DNA from: an uncultured Gemmatimonadota bacterium
Lineage (GTDB): Bacteria; JAAXHH01
Length of the DNA: 64,000 nucleotides
Direction of reading: 5' to 3'
Assembly: GCA_951812955.1 (NCBI GenBank)
Contig: OX638340.1
Location: forward strand, 3,072,001-3,136,000
In this document: piece after piece, positions 41,852 through 52,400 of the stretch
Layout of the letters: each line of letters starts with the position of its first letter
Position numbering within the stretch: the stretch's first letter is position 1
Program-made: the position numbers and the translations under genes
The notes under the pieces: generated by a model
The model's database searches: none
Told to the model about the DNA's origin: nothing
What the model saw: the letters and a program-made list of their open reading frames with translations, nothing else

Positions 41852-43018
41852 ATGGCACGCAACGTTAACGTGGGCCTGGTGGGTTATTCGTTCATGGGCA
41901 AGGCGCACAGCCACGCCTTCAAGGACATGTCCTTCTTCTTTCCGGATGCGTCCGGCGTGCCGGTTATGAAGGCCATCTGCGGCCGGAACGAGGAGAACGT
42001 GAAGGGCGCGGCCGCGGAATTCGGCTGGGAAGGTTACGAGACCGACTGGAAGACGCTGGTCGCCCGCGACGACATCGACCTCATCGACGTCTCGACCCCG
42101 GGCGACAGCCACGCGGAGATTGCCATCGCCGCCGCGGAAGCGGGCAAGCACGTCTTCTGCGAGAAACCGCTGGCCAACACCCTATCGGAAGCCCGCGCCA
42201 TGGCCGACGCCGTAAACAGGGCGGGCGTGAAGAGCATGGTGGCCTACAACTATCGCAGGGTGCCCGCCGTCGCGCTGGCGAAGCGGCTTATCGAAGAGGG
42301 GCGCATCGGCCAGGTCTACCACTGGCGCGCCGTATACCTGCAGGACTGGATCATGGACCCCGACTTTCCCCTGGTCTGGCGATTGCAGAAGGAGAAGGCC
42401 GGCTCGGGCCCCCACGGGGACCTGAACGCCCACATCATCGACCTGGCCCGGTATCTCGTCGGCGAGATCACCGAGGTGACCGGCATGCAGGAGACCTTCA
42501 TCAAGGAGCGTCCCATCGCGGAGGAGATCGATGCAGCCCTGGGCGCGAGCGCCGCCACGCGCAAGGGACCGGTGACGGTGGACGACACGACCCTGGCCCT
42601 CGCCCGGTTCGAGAACGGCGCCGTGGGTTCCTTCGAGGCCACGCGCTTCGCCGGCGGCAGGCGCAACGGCAATCGATTCGAGATCAACGGCAGCAAGGGG
42701 TCCATCGCCTTCAACCTGGAGAAGATGAACGAACTGCAGTACTATGACCGGGCAGACGAGGACCACGTGCAGGGCTTTCGCGAGATCATCGTGACCGAAG
42801 GCGCCCATCCCTACATGGACCGGTGGTGGCCGCCGGGACATATCATCGGCTGGGAGCACACTTTCATCCACGAAATCTACGATCTCATGCAGGCCATCGC
42901 CGGCGCCGATGACGACCTGCACCCGGATTTCGACGAGGGGGTCAGGGACCAGGCCGTGCTGGAAGCCATTTCCCTGTCGGCCGAGCACGGCGCCTGGGTC
43001 CGGATCGCCGACCTCTAG
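41852..43018 (+). CDS. Gfo/Idh/MocA-family NAD(P)-dependent oxidoreductase
   Basis: 388 aa; N-terminal Rossmann VGLVGYSFMGKAHSHAF, EKPLA motif. Confidence 0.8.
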   Translation: MARNVNVGLVGYSFMGKAHSHAFKDMSFFFPDASGVPVMKAICGRNEENVKGAAAEFGWEGYETDWKTLVARDDIDLIDVSTPGDSHAEIAIAAAEAGKHVFCEKPLANTLSEARAMADAVNRAGVKSMVAYNYRRVPAVALAKRLIEEGRIGQVYHWRAVYLQDWIMDPDFPLVWRLQKEKAGSGPHGDLNAHIIDLARYLVGEITEVTGMQETFIKERPIAEEIDAALGASAATRKGPVTVDDTTLALARFENGAVGSFEATRFAGGRRNGNRFEINGSKGSIAFNLEKMNELQYYDRADEDHVQGFREIIVTEGAHPYMDRWWPPGHIIGWEHTFIHEIYDLMQAIAGADDDLHPDFDEGVRDQAVLEAISLSAEHGAWVRIADL

Positions 43019-43121
43019 GCCACCGGCCCGGGAACAGGATACCGGTTGCGTGGGGTCTGTCGTCGACCGGCGACTCCCGCGCCGTACATGCCGTCCATGA
43101 AACTGAAAGGAGCAATCAACC

Positions 43122-44123
43122 ATGTCTCGTCCCGTAACGCTATTCACCGGCCAGTGGGCGGACCTTACGCTGGATACCCTCGCCGGCAAGGCGGCAAGCT
43201 GGGGATTCGACGGACTCGAACTGGCCTGCTGGGGGGATCACTTCGACGTGCGGCAGGGCGCCGAGAGCAAGGCGTACTGCGAGGAACGCAGGGCGTTGCT
43301 CGAAAAGCACGGCCTGCAGATCTTTTCCATTAGCAATCATCTCGCCGGCCAGGCCGTCTGCGACCTGATCGATGCCCGACACGAAGCGATACTGCCGCCT
43401 CATGTCTGGGGCGACGGGGATCCAGAAGGCGTGCGGCAACGCGCGGCCGAGGAAATGAAACTGACCGCCCGGGCCGCCGCCAACATGGGCCTCGGCGTCG
43501 TCAACGGATTCACCGGTTCATCGATCTGGCACCTCCTCTACTCTTTCCCCCCCGTGGACCCGTCGTCCATCGACGCCGGCTTCGACGATTTCGCGGCGCG
43601 CTGGAATCCCATCCTGGACGTATTCGACGAGGTGGGCGTGAAGTACGGACTCGAGGTGCATCCCACGGAAATCGCCTTCGACATCTCCTCGGCCCAAAGG
43701 GCGCTGGACGCCCTGGGCAACCGTGAGGCCTTCGGCTTCAACTACGATCCCAGTCACTTCGGCTACCAGGGCGTGGACTACGTGGAATTCATACGGACCT
43801 TCCGCAATCGCATCTACCACGTGCACATGAAGGACGTCTGGTGGTCGGAGCGGCCGACCCGTGCCGGGGTATTCGGCGGACACGTCAATTTCGGGAATCC
43901 CGACCGCTTCTGGGATTTCAGATCCCTCGGCCGCGGCAGCATCGACTTCGAAGAAATCATCCGCGCGCTCAACGAGATCGGTTACCAGGGCCCCCTCTCC
44001 ATCGAGTGGGAAGATAGCGGCATGGACCGTGAACACGGGGCGGAGGAAGCGTGCGCCTTCACCAAGGGCGTGGATTTTCCTCCTTCCGACGTGGCCTTCG
44101 ACGCAGCCTTCGCCGAAGAATGA
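43122..44123 (+). CDS. Sugar phosphate isomerase/epimerase (xylose-isomerase-like TIM barrel)
   Basis: 333 aa; [29 protein letters not shown]. Confidence 0.7.
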   Translation: MSRPVTLFTGQWADLTLDTLAGKAASWGFDGLELACWGDHFDVRQGAESKAYCEERRALLEKHGLQIFSISNHLAGQAVCDLIDARHEAILPPHVWGDGDPEGVRQRAAEEMKLTARAAANMGLGVVNGFTGSSIWHLLYSFPPVDPSSIDAGFDDFAARWNPILDVFDEVGVKYGLEVHPTEIAFDISSAQRALDALGNREAFGFNYDPSHFGYQGVDYVEFIRTFRNRIYHVHMKDVWWSERPTRAGVFGGHVNFGNPDRFWDFRSLGRGSIDFEEIIRALNEIGYQGPLSIEWEDSGMDREHGAEEACAFTKGVDFPPSDVAFDAAFAEE

Positions 44124-44178
44124 CCGCATGGCCAAAAAGGCAACGCACGTCGTCGTGGGTGGCAGACAAGAGGGCTCG

Positions 44179-45888
44179 ATGCGAAGATGGTTACACGCCT
44201 TTGCCTGCGCCGCCGCCGTTTTCGCGGCGGCCTGCGGTTCATCGGGTGACGGTCCCGGGGCCGGTACCCAGCCCTCGCGTGTCAACTCGCTGGGCCGGGA
44301 GCTCCCGGCCGACGCCGCTCCGCTGAGTGAGCAGTTCGTCCGGCTGAGCATGCTGGAACCGTCCACCCTGGACGTGGGCATATCCCTCTTCGACGCCCAG
44401 TTTAACGCCTTTCTCTTCGAGTCCCTGCTGGTCTTCGACGAAGACATGGAGATCAGGGGCGCGGCGGCCGAATCCTGGTCCGTGGCGGACGACCACGTGA
44501 CCTGGACTTTCAAGATCCGATCGGGCGCCAAATGGAGCGACGACCGGCCGGTGACCGCCCACGATTTCGAATGGTCCTTCCGCCGACTGCTCGATCCCGC
44601 GCACGCCAACGTATTCGCCTACTTCTACTATCCGATCAAGGGTGCCCGGGCTTTTAATTCGGGGCGGACGAGCGATGCGTCGACGGTCGGCGTCCGGGCG
44701 GTGGACGACAGGACGCTGGTAATCGAAACCGAAGAACCCTGTTCCTATTTCCCCTACATACTGACCTTCTTCACTTCCGTGCCGGCCCCTCGGTGGCAGG
44801 TGGAGAAATACGGGATAGGGTGGACCGAGCCGGAGTACTGCGTGTCCAATTCCACCTGGCGCCTCGCGTCATGGGACAAGAGCGTCGGCATGACCTACAT
44901 GCTGAATCCCCACTATAACGGACCGTGGAAGGGATACCTCGAACGCATCGAGTTCACCTTCATCCTGCCGGGCTGGCGCGGGCTTCCGGCCTACGAAAAC
45001 GGCGAATTCGACCGGATCGCCGTCATGGGCCCCGACTATCACCACGCGCGCATGGATCCCGTCCTGAGCCGAGAGCTGATCACCTATCCCAACTTCGGGA
45101 CTTACTACACGATCTTCAAAACCAGCGAGCCGCCCTTCGACAACATCCGGTTGCGCCAGGCCCTTGCCCACGCCATCGACCGCGATTCCATCTGCAACGT
45201 CGTACTCGGCGGCGGCGCCACGCCCGCCTACGGCATGCTGCCGGAGGGATTCCCCGGTTACCAGGCAGACCGGATCCGGAAGTACCAGGCGTTCGATCCC
45301 GAGTTGGCCCGGAAACGACTGGCTGAAGCCGGCTATCCCGGCGGCAAGGGACTGCCCCCGCTCGAGCTCTGGGTGCGGGGCCAGCCGCCCACCCCCGACG
45401 AATGGAACGTGGTGGTCGCCATGCAGCAAATGTTCGAGGATCATCTGGATATCGAGGTGAACCTGCGCCAGCAGTCAACCAACGCCTTCAACGCCTACAT
45501 GCGTGACCACGAGATCCCGTGGGGGTTCCTCTGGTTCAACATGGATTACCCGGACCCGAGCGACATGATCGCCGTGCCCTGGCGTTCTCAACCCGCGGGA
45601 TCGGGCCGGCAGGACTGGAAGCACGACGAATTCGACCGCCTGGTGGATTCGGCCGCGCGGGAATTCGACAACGAGAAACGGGTGGCCATGTATCAGGACG
45701 CCGAGGTGATCCTGGCGGAGGAGGCCGCGGGCGTGTTCCTGCACAACATGGTCAACGCGACGCTGAGCAAGCCATGGGTCATGGGTATCGAGGAGAACAG
45801 GTATGGCGACCGGCGGTGGAGTGGATTCGCGCCGGCCTACGCCACCCTGTACATCGGGGAGCTGGAAGAAGGATCGGGCCGGAGGTAG
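44179..45888 (+). CDS. ABC transporter substrate-binding lipoprotein, family 5 (peptide/opine/nickel type)
   Basis: signal MRRWLHAFACAAAVFAAACGSS (lipobox-like AAC), SBP_bac_5 body; AGAGGG RBS before ATG 44179 (alternative ATG 44128). Confidence 0.75.
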   Translation: MRRWLHAFACAAAVFAAACGSSGDGPGAGTQPSRVNSLGRELPADAAPLSEQFVRLSMLEPSTLDVGISLFDAQFNAFLFESLLVFDEDMEIRGAAAESWSVADDHVTWTFKIRSGAKWSDDRPVTAHDFEWSFRRLLDPAHANVFAYFYYPIKGARAFNSGRTSDASTVGVRAVDDRTLVIETEEPCSYFPYILTFFTSVPAPRWQVEKYGIGWTEPEYCVSNSTWRLASWDKSVGMTYMLNPHYNGPWKGYLERIEFTFILPGWRGLPAYENGEFDRIAVMGPDYHHARMDPVLSRELITYPNFGTYYTIFKTSEPPFDNIRLRQALAHAIDRDSICNVVLGGGATPAYGMLPEGFPGYQADRIRKYQAFDPELARKRLAEAGYPGGKGLPPLELWVRGQPPTPDEWNVVVAMQQMFEDHLDIEVNLRQQSTNAFNAYMRDHEIPWGFLWFNMDYPDPSDMIAVPWRSQPAGSGRQDWKHDEFDRLVDSAAREFDNEKRVAMYQDAEVILAEEAAGVFLHNMVNATLSKPWVMGIEENRYGDRRWSGFAPAYATLYIGELEEGSGRR

Positions 45889-45891
45889 GGA

Positions 45892-46773
45892 TCAGGAAAG
45901 GGGGTCCAGGTCGAAACCTGATTCGGGCCGGATCCGTTCCGCGCCTTCCGGCCAGTCCACGGGCCATTCCCAGCCCGGGATTTCCAGGCTTTCCGCCCGA
46001 ACGCGGTGCGCGGCGGCCCGCCGATGCACGCCCGGCGGCGCCTCGCTGACTGCTGAGCTGTGGAGCATGGTGGGATAGTAAAAGGTGACGCTCCCCTCGC
46101 CCGCAATGCTGTCGACGGCCTCGTGCTCGTGCGCGGCGACGTAGTCCGCCAGGCCGCCCGATTCGCCTGCCAGTTCGAGGGGTCCTTCGAGATAGGAGCC
46201 GGGGAGGACCTTCATGGCGCCGTTCTCGATAGTCTGCGGGTCCACGTTGATGCGGACGATGATGGTCTTCCGGAAGTAGTCTTCCTGCCAATCGATGTGG
46301 TCCGGGCGTACGTGCACGTGGCCGAACTGGGTCCAGTAGCCGCCGAGATCGACTTCCCGTCCCTTCGGCGGATCGACGATGAAGAAGGTGTCCTGGTGCC
46401 AGCCTATCTCCGCGTCCCCGCCGGCCACCTTGTCGAACATCGTGCCGATGCTCGCGTGCCGGACCGGTTCCCCCAGCGTGCGCTCCAGCACGCTTACGAT
46501 GGCGGGATGCCGGGAAAACCGGAGTCCGCCTTCGCAAACGGCATAGAGTTCCCATAGCAGCCAGACCGTGTCCTTCGACTTCCCAAGAAGCTTGTCTGTC
46601 GGCCGGCCCTTGTACTCATCGACGCGGTTCGCTTCCGCGATCGTCCGGTCCAGGAGCCCCCGGAACGTACGCATCTCTTCCGCCGAGAATACGCCTTCGA
46701 CGGTCACGATGCCTTGCGTTTTCAGTTCCTCTGTCGCGTCCTGCAAATCGAGGGCGGTTTTAACGTGGTTCAT
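45892..46773 (-). CDS. Phytanoyl-CoA dioxygenase (PhyH)-family Fe(II)/2-oxoglutarate oxygenase
   Basis: 293 aa; HxD...H facial triad context GWHQDTFF. Confidence 0.65.
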   Translation of the reverse strand: MNHVKTALDLQDATEELKTQGIVTVEGVFSAEEMRTFRGLLDRTIAEANRVDEYKGRPTDKLLGKSKDTVWLLWELYAVCEGGLRFSRHPAIVSVLERTLGEPVRHASIGTMFDKVAGGDAEIGWHQDTFFIVDPPKGREVDLGGYWTQFGHVHVRPDHIDWQEDYFRKTIIVRINVDPQTIENGAMKVLPGSYLEGPLELAGESGGLADYVAAHEHEAVDSIAGEGSVTFYYPTMLHSSAVSEAPPGVHRRAAAHRVRAESLEIPGWEWPVDWPEGAERIRPESGFDLDPLS

Positions 46774-46800
46774 GGTTTCACTTCCAGTGTGGGCCGGGCG

Positions 46801-48522
46801 CTAACGGTTCAATCTGAGCGTTATGTCTTCGGTCTCCCATCCGGAGCGAATCTCCAGGGTATCCGGATGGACCATGGACCGCTCGGCGGGAACGAAGGGC
46901 AGGGCGGTGCCGTAATCATATCTTCCATTTCCATTCGCGTCGCGGTATGCTTGCAGGATATATCGACCCGGCATGACACTGTCAAACCTGAAATCACCCG
47001 GTCCGGCCAGATCGATTTCCGATGAGGCGTCCGATTGCCGTTCCCGGTAAAGGGAGATCCACACGGGACCCGTTCCCTCCGGGTCTTCGTCCTCGAACAT
47101 TCCCGACAGCGAACCGTATTCCGCGGGGTCGATGGTAGAGAAGGAATATGCGAGCGTATCGGGACGGTCGCCCGTGGCCTGCAGCGGCTGGCCGTATCCA
47201 TTCTCGACCAGGACGGCCAGTACGAGGATCTCGTATTCCGCGCTCGGTTGCAGCAGGGAGTCGGGCCGCATCGCGGCGATCGTGGAGGAGATCAATCGAA
47301 GATCCCCTCCGACATCACGTCCAGTGGAGTCCCTAAGGACCACGGCGTGCTCCTCCAGGGAGACCGGTTCGTTGAAGGAAAACCGAAGCTCGACAGACTG
47401 CGCGACATCCCGCGATCGGTCGTCCGGATGAACTTCCAGAAGCCTCGGCGATGGCATGTTCTCGACGGACGACCCGGTGAACTCCGCCGTGTTCTCCGTT
47501 GAGTCGATCGGTTCCGCCCAGTTGTCTTCCAGTCCGCTCACGGTCAGCAGGTAAACCCGGTCTCGGACCTGGGGCGCCGTGGTCAGTACGATGGTCGACG
47601 AATCCGCCGGATCCCGATACGCGGACAGGACCTCGAGGCGCTCTCCTTCCTCCACGCCGGTGATCGTATAGGCGTCGAGGTCCCGGACCCGGTCGCCCCG
47701 TGGCGCCTCGCTCAGGAACACACTCAGTTCGCGCATGTGGGAAGGACGGGCGGAGACCACGTGCATCGAGGCCGTGTCGTTCACGGCCAGTCGGAACCAC
47801 AAGGGACCGTCCGACATGAACTCTTCCGACAGGTCGACGTCCCGGGTGGGTATGCCGACGGGATCCGTATCCGCGTCGTAGAGACGGTCTCTGCCCTGGT
47901 CCAGGAATGTGAAAAACCGGTAGCGGTCCGCCGAAAGATTGGTAAAATTGAAAGTGCCATCCCTGCCCGCCTGGGTCAGGTAGTCCGGGGTCGTGCCGGC
48001 CGGGTTCGGATTCGGCTTTCCGGTAAGGCTGTAGGCCCAGACGTACGCGTTCCTGGCGGGAAGGCCCTCATGGACCGCGAGGCCGCCCACCTCCCCCTGT
48101 TCGATGTTCGGGCCGGTCGACAGCGCATATACATAGGTGGAATCCATGCGGTTGCTCCGCATGTCCCTTATGCCTGTACCCACCGTGATGATATAGGTTC
48201 TTTCCTCAAGCAGGGGCTCTTCGAACCGGACCGTGATCCGGTCACCCTGCCAGTTCGATTCGGCTTCGAATTCCACGATAGGCGCGATGAAGAGGTTGCC
48301 CTCGATGGAGCGGGGCTCGATGCGTTCGTTGAAGGTCAGCGACGGGGAAACGTCCAGCGGCACGTGGGTCGAACCCGTCGGCGGATCGGTTTCCACCACG
48401 TAAGGCGGAAAACGGTCGCGTGGACCGCCGGGCGGCAGGCCTTCACGGGCGCAGGCCATGCCAGCCATAACGGCCAGGCCGGCCGGAAGCATCAGAGCGA
48501 TAATGACCAGCGTCCCGTTCAT
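46801..48522 (-). CDS. Secreted/cell-surface protein with Ig-like (Big/SbsA-type) domains
   Basis: 573 aa; N-terminal signal MNGTLVIIALMLPAGLAVMAGMACA, repeated beta-rich segments, no catalytic motif recognised. Confidence 0.5.
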   Translation of the reverse strand: MNGTLVIIALMLPAGLAVMAGMACAREGLPPGGPRDRFPPYVVETDPPTGSTHVPLDVSPSLTFNERIEPRSIEGNLFIAPIVEFEAESNWQGDRITVRFEEPLLEERTYIITVGTGIRDMRSNRMDSTYVYALSTGPNIEQGEVGGLAVHEGLPARNAYVWAYSLTGKPNPNPAGTTPDYLTQAGRDGTFNFTNLSADRYRFFTFLDQGRDRLYDADTDPVGIPTRDVDLSEEFMSDGPLWFRLAVNDTASMHVVSARPSHMRELSVFLSEAPRGDRVRDLDAYTITGVEEGERLEVLSAYRDPADSSTIVLTTAPQVRDRVYLLTVSGLEDNWAEPIDSTENTAEFTGSSVENMPSPRLLEVHPDDRSRDVAQSVELRFSFNEPVSLEEHAVVLRDSTGRDVGGDLRLISSTIAAMRPDSLLQPSAEYEILVLAVLVENGYGQPLQATGDRPDTLAYSFSTIDPAEYGSLSGMFEDEDPEGTGPVWISLYRERQSDASSEIDLAGPGDFRFDSVMPGRYILQAYRDANGNGRYDYGTALPFVPAERSMVHPDTLEIRSGWETEDITLRLNR

Positions 48523-48525
48523 AGA

Positions 48526-49419
48526 TCACGCACGAGGATGCGCTTCTTCATACATTTTTTTGAGTCGGTCGAGGGCGACGTGAGTATATACCTGCGTGGT
48601 CGAAAGCCGTTCGTGACCGAGCAGTTCCTTGACGGCCAGCAGATCCGCTCCGGCGTCAAGCAGGTGTGTGGCGGTCGTATGTCGGAGCATGTGGGGCGTC
48701 AATCCCGGCTGGCTTATCCTGAGACCGTATCTCGCCAGGATATACTGGACCCCTCGGCCCGTCAGCCTGCGGCCGTGTTGATTCAGCAGCAGCGCGGCCG
48801 TTTCTTCCCGCTTCGCCTTGATCAGTAGGGGCCGGGCGTTCAAATAGGATTCCAGCGCGGCCAGGGCCTGCCCCCCCAGTGGCACGATGCGTTCCTTGTC
48901 TCCCTTCCCGATCACGCGGATCCGTTCTTCCGTCAGTTCGATCGCGCCGATGTCGAGTCCTACGAGTTCCGATAGACGCATGCCCGCACCGTAGAGGAGT
49001 TCCAGGATGACCGCGTCCCGCAGACCGAGCACCTGGCCGCGGTCGGGCTGGCCGAGCAGTGCTTCCACCTGGCCTCTATCCAGGAACCGGGGCAGGTGTC
49101 GGTCCCATTTCGGCGTGGTCAGATAGACGCACGGATTCGAGGAAACGGCTCCTTCCCTGCAGAGGAAGTGGAAAAAGGACCGCACGGCCGCGAATCGACG
49201 CGCGATGGTCCGTCTGCTGAAGCCTTCCCGGTGCAAATGGCGGAGGAACGCCCGCACCACGGACTTGTCGATTGAATCCGGAACCGGAGGTTCTGTGCCG
49301 TGTTCGGAGAGGAAAGACTGGAATTGGGCCAGGTCGCCGGCATAGGCCGACAGGGTATGCCGGGAGTAATTCCGCTCGATCTCGAGATGGTCGAGGAATT
49401 CGCTAACCAGTTTCTCCAT
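48526..49419 (-). CDS. xerC: Tyrosine recombinase XerC/XerD
   Basis: 297 aa; N-terminal SAM-like domain, catalytic R..HxxR..Y (LGHERLSTTQVYTHV). Confidence 0.85.
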   Translation of the reverse strand: MEKLVSEFLDHLEIERNYSRHTLSAYAGDLAQFQSFLSEHGTEPPVPDSIDKSVVRAFLRHLHREGFSRRTIARRFAAVRSFFHFLCREGAVSSNPCVYLTTPKWDRHLPRFLDRGQVEALLGQPDRGQVLGLRDAVILELLYGAGMRLSELVGLDIGAIELTEERIRVIGKGDKERIVPLGGQALAALESYLNARPLLIKAKREETAALLLNQHGRRLTGRGVQYILARYGLRISQPGLTPHMLRHTTATHLLDAGADLLAVKELLGHERLSTTQVYTHVALDRLKKMYEEAHPRA

Positions 49420-49425
49420 GATCGG

Positions 49426-51738
49426 TCAAGCCTCCTGGAGCGTCTGTCCCGCCTGGTCCGCTTCGTCCGCCTGGTCGGCTTCGTTCGCCTGGTTGGAACC
49501 GGAGGGCGGCTGCTCGGTGGGCCGGACCCGATGCTTGCACGACGGGCACTGCAGCGCCGAGCGGCCGGACCTTTCCTGTTTCTCGACCATGAGGGGATAG
49601 TCGCATCGTGGACAACGGCGATCGACCGGGGTGTCCCACACCACGAAACGGCACGAGGGGTATTTGCTGCAACCGTAGAAATTCCGGCCCTTCTGCGAAC
49701 GGCGGGCAGTAAGGAATCCGTCGCAGCCTTCTTCCGGACAGTCGACTCCGATGTTGACCGGCCGCGTCTCCCGGCAGCGAGGATATCCGCTGCACGCAAG
49801 GAACGGACCGTATCGACCCGTCTTCACGACCATTTTCTCGCCGCATTTCCCGCATTCTTCGTCGGAGTTCATGCCGGCGTTCTCGTCTTCGTTCACCGGC
49901 CGGGTATTCCTGCACGCGGGAAATCCCCCGCATGCCATGAACCGGCCGTTTCTGCCCCACCTGATTAACATGGGTTTGCCGCATTTCTCGCAGGTCTCGT
50001 CCGTTTCCTCCGTCAACGTGCTCTTCAGCTCCGATCGCTGGGCGTTCACGGACTGCAGCCGCTCATTGAAGGGCTGGTAGAAATCCACCAGTGTGCCGGT
50101 CCATTCCAGTTCACCCGTTTCGATGCGGTCCAGCGCGTCCTCCATCCTGGCAGTAAACGCCACGTTGAACAGGTCCGGGAAGGCCAGGACCAGGATTCTG
50201 TTCACGGCCATGCCCAGGTCCGAAGGCGTGAACCGGCCCTGCTTCATGGCCGCGTACTTGCGCATGCGCAGCGTGCTGATGATCTGGGCGTACGTGCTGG
50301 GCCGGCCGATCTGTCTGACCTCGAGTTCCTTGACGAGACTCGCCTCAGTGTACCTGGGCGGAGGCTGGGTAAAATGTTGCCTGGGCTCAAGTCTCTCCAG
50401 CGCGAGTTTTTCGTCCTTACTCAATACGGGCAGGGACTTTTCGTCATCTTTCTTTTCATCGTCTTCGTCGACCGGTTCTTCGTAGGCCTTCAGGAATCCC
50501 GCGAAGGTCGGCACGGTACCCGTGGCGCGAAACTGGTACTTCCCGGACCGAACGTCCACGGTAGTCACGTCAAAACGAGCCGGACGCATCTGGGAGGCCA
50601 CGAAGCGCAGCCAGATCAATTCGTACAGCTTGTACTGGTCCGTCGTCAGGAAGGGTTTCATCTTCTCCGGACTGCGGTCCGCCGCCGTGGGCCGGATCGC
50701 TTCGTGGGCGTCCTGGACCCCCGGTTTGGTCTTGAATTTCCTGGGTTTGGCCGGTACGTACTCGGCGCCGTAGACCCGGCCGATCAGGTCCCGGACGGCC
50801 TCGACCGCTTCATCCACGATACGGGTCGAGTCCGTCCTCATGTAGGTAATCAGCCCGATAGATCCCTCGTCGCCCAGATCGATGCCTTCGTAAAGTTGCT
50901 GGGCGATCATCATGGTCTTCTGGGTGGTGAACCGAAGGCGTCTGGACGCGTCCTGCTGCAGGGTGCTGGTGATGAAGGGCGGATATGGGTTGCGCTTCGT
51001 GTGCTTCCTGGCGATGTCCTCGATCCCGAAGGTATTCCCGCGCAAGTCCTCGATCAGGTCCCGGGCCGACTTCTCGTCGGGTATGAGGAACTTCTCTCCG
51101 TCCACGCGGATCAATTTCACCGGGAATTCATCATCCCGCTCCGTCCGGAGGTGGGCCGTTATGGACCAGTACTCTTCGACCTTGAACTTCTCGATCTCCG
51201 TTTCCCGTTCACATATCAGCCGCAACGCCACCGACTGGACCCGGCCCGCGCTCAGTCCTCCGGTGATCGTCTTCCATAGAAAGGGGCTGACCTGGTATCC
51301 GACGAGACGATCCATTACGCGTCGCGCCTGTTGGGCATTGACTTTCTGCATGTCGATGGGCACGGGTTTGTCGATCGCCGTCCGCACCGCCTGGGGGGTT
51401 ATTTCGTGGAAGAGCACCCTCCCCACCTCTTTCTTGCCGTTGCTCAGTTGGCTGGCCACGTGCCAGGCTATGGCTTCGCCTTCCCGGTCTGGGTCCGTCG
51501 CGAGAAAGATCTGGTCGGCCGAACGCGCCGCGCTGCGCAGGTCTTTCACGACCTTTTCCTTTCCCGGAATCGTGACATACTCGGGCTGGAAGTCGTTTTT
51601 TACGTCTACGCCCAGGCTCTTGGGCGGCAGGTCCCGGACATGGCCCACGGACGCCATGATCTGGAAATCCTTGCCCAGGTACTTCTTGATCGTACGGGCC
51701 TTGGCCGGAGATTCCACGATGACAAGGGATTTAGGCAT
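49426..51738 (-). CDS. topA: DNA topoisomerase I
   Basis: 770 aa; MPKSLVIVESPAKARTIKKYLG Toprim, four C-terminal Cys4 zinc ribbons; C-terminal EADQADEADQAGQ from 18-bp tandem repeat. Confidence 0.9.
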   Translation of the reverse strand: MPKSLVIVESPAKARTIKKYLGKDFQIMASVGHVRDLPPKSLGVDVKNDFQPEYVTIPGKEKVVKDLRSAARSADQIFLATDPDREGEAIAWHVASQLSNGKKEVGRVLFHEITPQAVRTAIDKPVPIDMQKVNAQQARRVMDRLVGYQVSPFLWKTITGGLSAGRVQSVALRLICERETEIEKFKVEEYWSITAHLRTERDDEFPVKLIRVDGEKFLIPDEKSARDLIEDLRGNTFGIEDIARKHTKRNPYPPFITSTLQQDASRRLRFTTQKTMMIAQQLYEGIDLGDEGSIGLITYMRTDSTRIVDEAVEAVRDLIGRVYGAEYVPAKPRKFKTKPGVQDAHEAIRPTAADRSPEKMKPFLTTDQYKLYELIWLRFVASQMRPARFDVTTVDVRSGKYQFRATGTVPTFAGFLKAYEEPVDEDDEKKDDEKSLPVLSKDEKLALERLEPRQHFTQPPPRYTEASLVKELEVRQIGRPSTYAQIISTLRMRKYAAMKQGRFTPSDLGMAVNRILVLAFPDLFNVAFTARMEDALDRIETGELEWTGTLVDFYQPFNERLQSVNAQRSELKSTLTEETDETCEKCGKPMLIRWGRNGRFMACGGFPACRNTRPVNEDENAGMNSDEECGKCGEKMVVKTGRYGPFLACSGYPRCRETRPVNIGVDCPEEGCDGFLTARRSQKGRNFYGCSKYPSCRFVVWDTPVDRRCPRCDYPLMVEKQERSGRSALQCPSCKHRVRPTEQPPSGSNQANEADQADEADQAGQTLQEA

Positions 51739-51783
51739 AGTATTTTGTTGACTGGATGAAGTTTGGGACCCGGGCGGACGGCC

Positions 51784-52254
51784 TCAGTTGCCGATAATGC
51801 CTTCTTCGAGGTCGTCGGGCAACCAGATCATGACCTGGCCCGATTCCGATTCAAGCAGGATCGGGGCGGCAATGGTCTTGATGTCTTCCCGGGTGACGGA
51901 ACGGGCGCCGGTCAGCATGGCCCGTTCGATGATCAGTTCGGTCTGCGTGTCGTTAATGAGGCCCAGCTCCCGGAGTTCAAGGAGATAGCCATACGCGTCC
52001 GGCTGGATCATCAGCTGTTCCACGGCGTGCAGTATGCGGTTGGGTTTGGGTTGAAGCGGCAGGGTCGGATCGATCACGACTTCCGCCTGCGCCTGGAGGC
52101 GTTCGAACAGCCAGGCGAATGCCGTGTTGACCTCCTGCTGGGTATAGCCGTGTCCGACCAGGGTCTGCGAGACATCGGCGATGTCGTTGAAGCGGCCTTT
52201 CTCATCCTGCATGTGCTTCATCAGGAAAACGATGATTTCCATCACTTTTTCCAT
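51784..52254 (-). CDS. smg: Smg protein (DUF494)
   Basis: MEKVMEIIVFLMKHMQDE...; typical position immediately upstream of topA; ATG at 52254 with AGGAGAG RBS. Confidence 0.75.
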   Translation of the reverse strand: MEKVMEIIVFLMKHMQDEKGRFNDIADVSQTLVGHGYTQQEVNTAFAWLFERLQAQAEVVIDPTLPLQPKPNRILHAVEQLMIQPDAYGYLLELRELGLINDTQTELIIERAMLTGARSVTREDIKTIAAPILLESESGQVMIWLPDDLEEGIIGN

Positions 52255-52400
52255 GATTCTCTCCTGAAGGAATGCGAAGATGGTATAAGGACCGGGCCGA
52301 AGAACGACCCCCGGCTGTTCAGTGCACTTCCGGTTTTCGATGTCCAAATCTAATCTTTCAGGGGGTCTCATGCAAGTGTTTTTCCCGGTCCTGGATGCCA

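Noticed and set aside
48526-49419. Tyrosine recombinase as a possible marker of an integrated mobile element
   Set aside because: Sequence and context (adjacent to topA, no phage/IS genes, no flanking repeats or tRNA) fit chromosomal XerC/D dimer resolution rather than an integrase.
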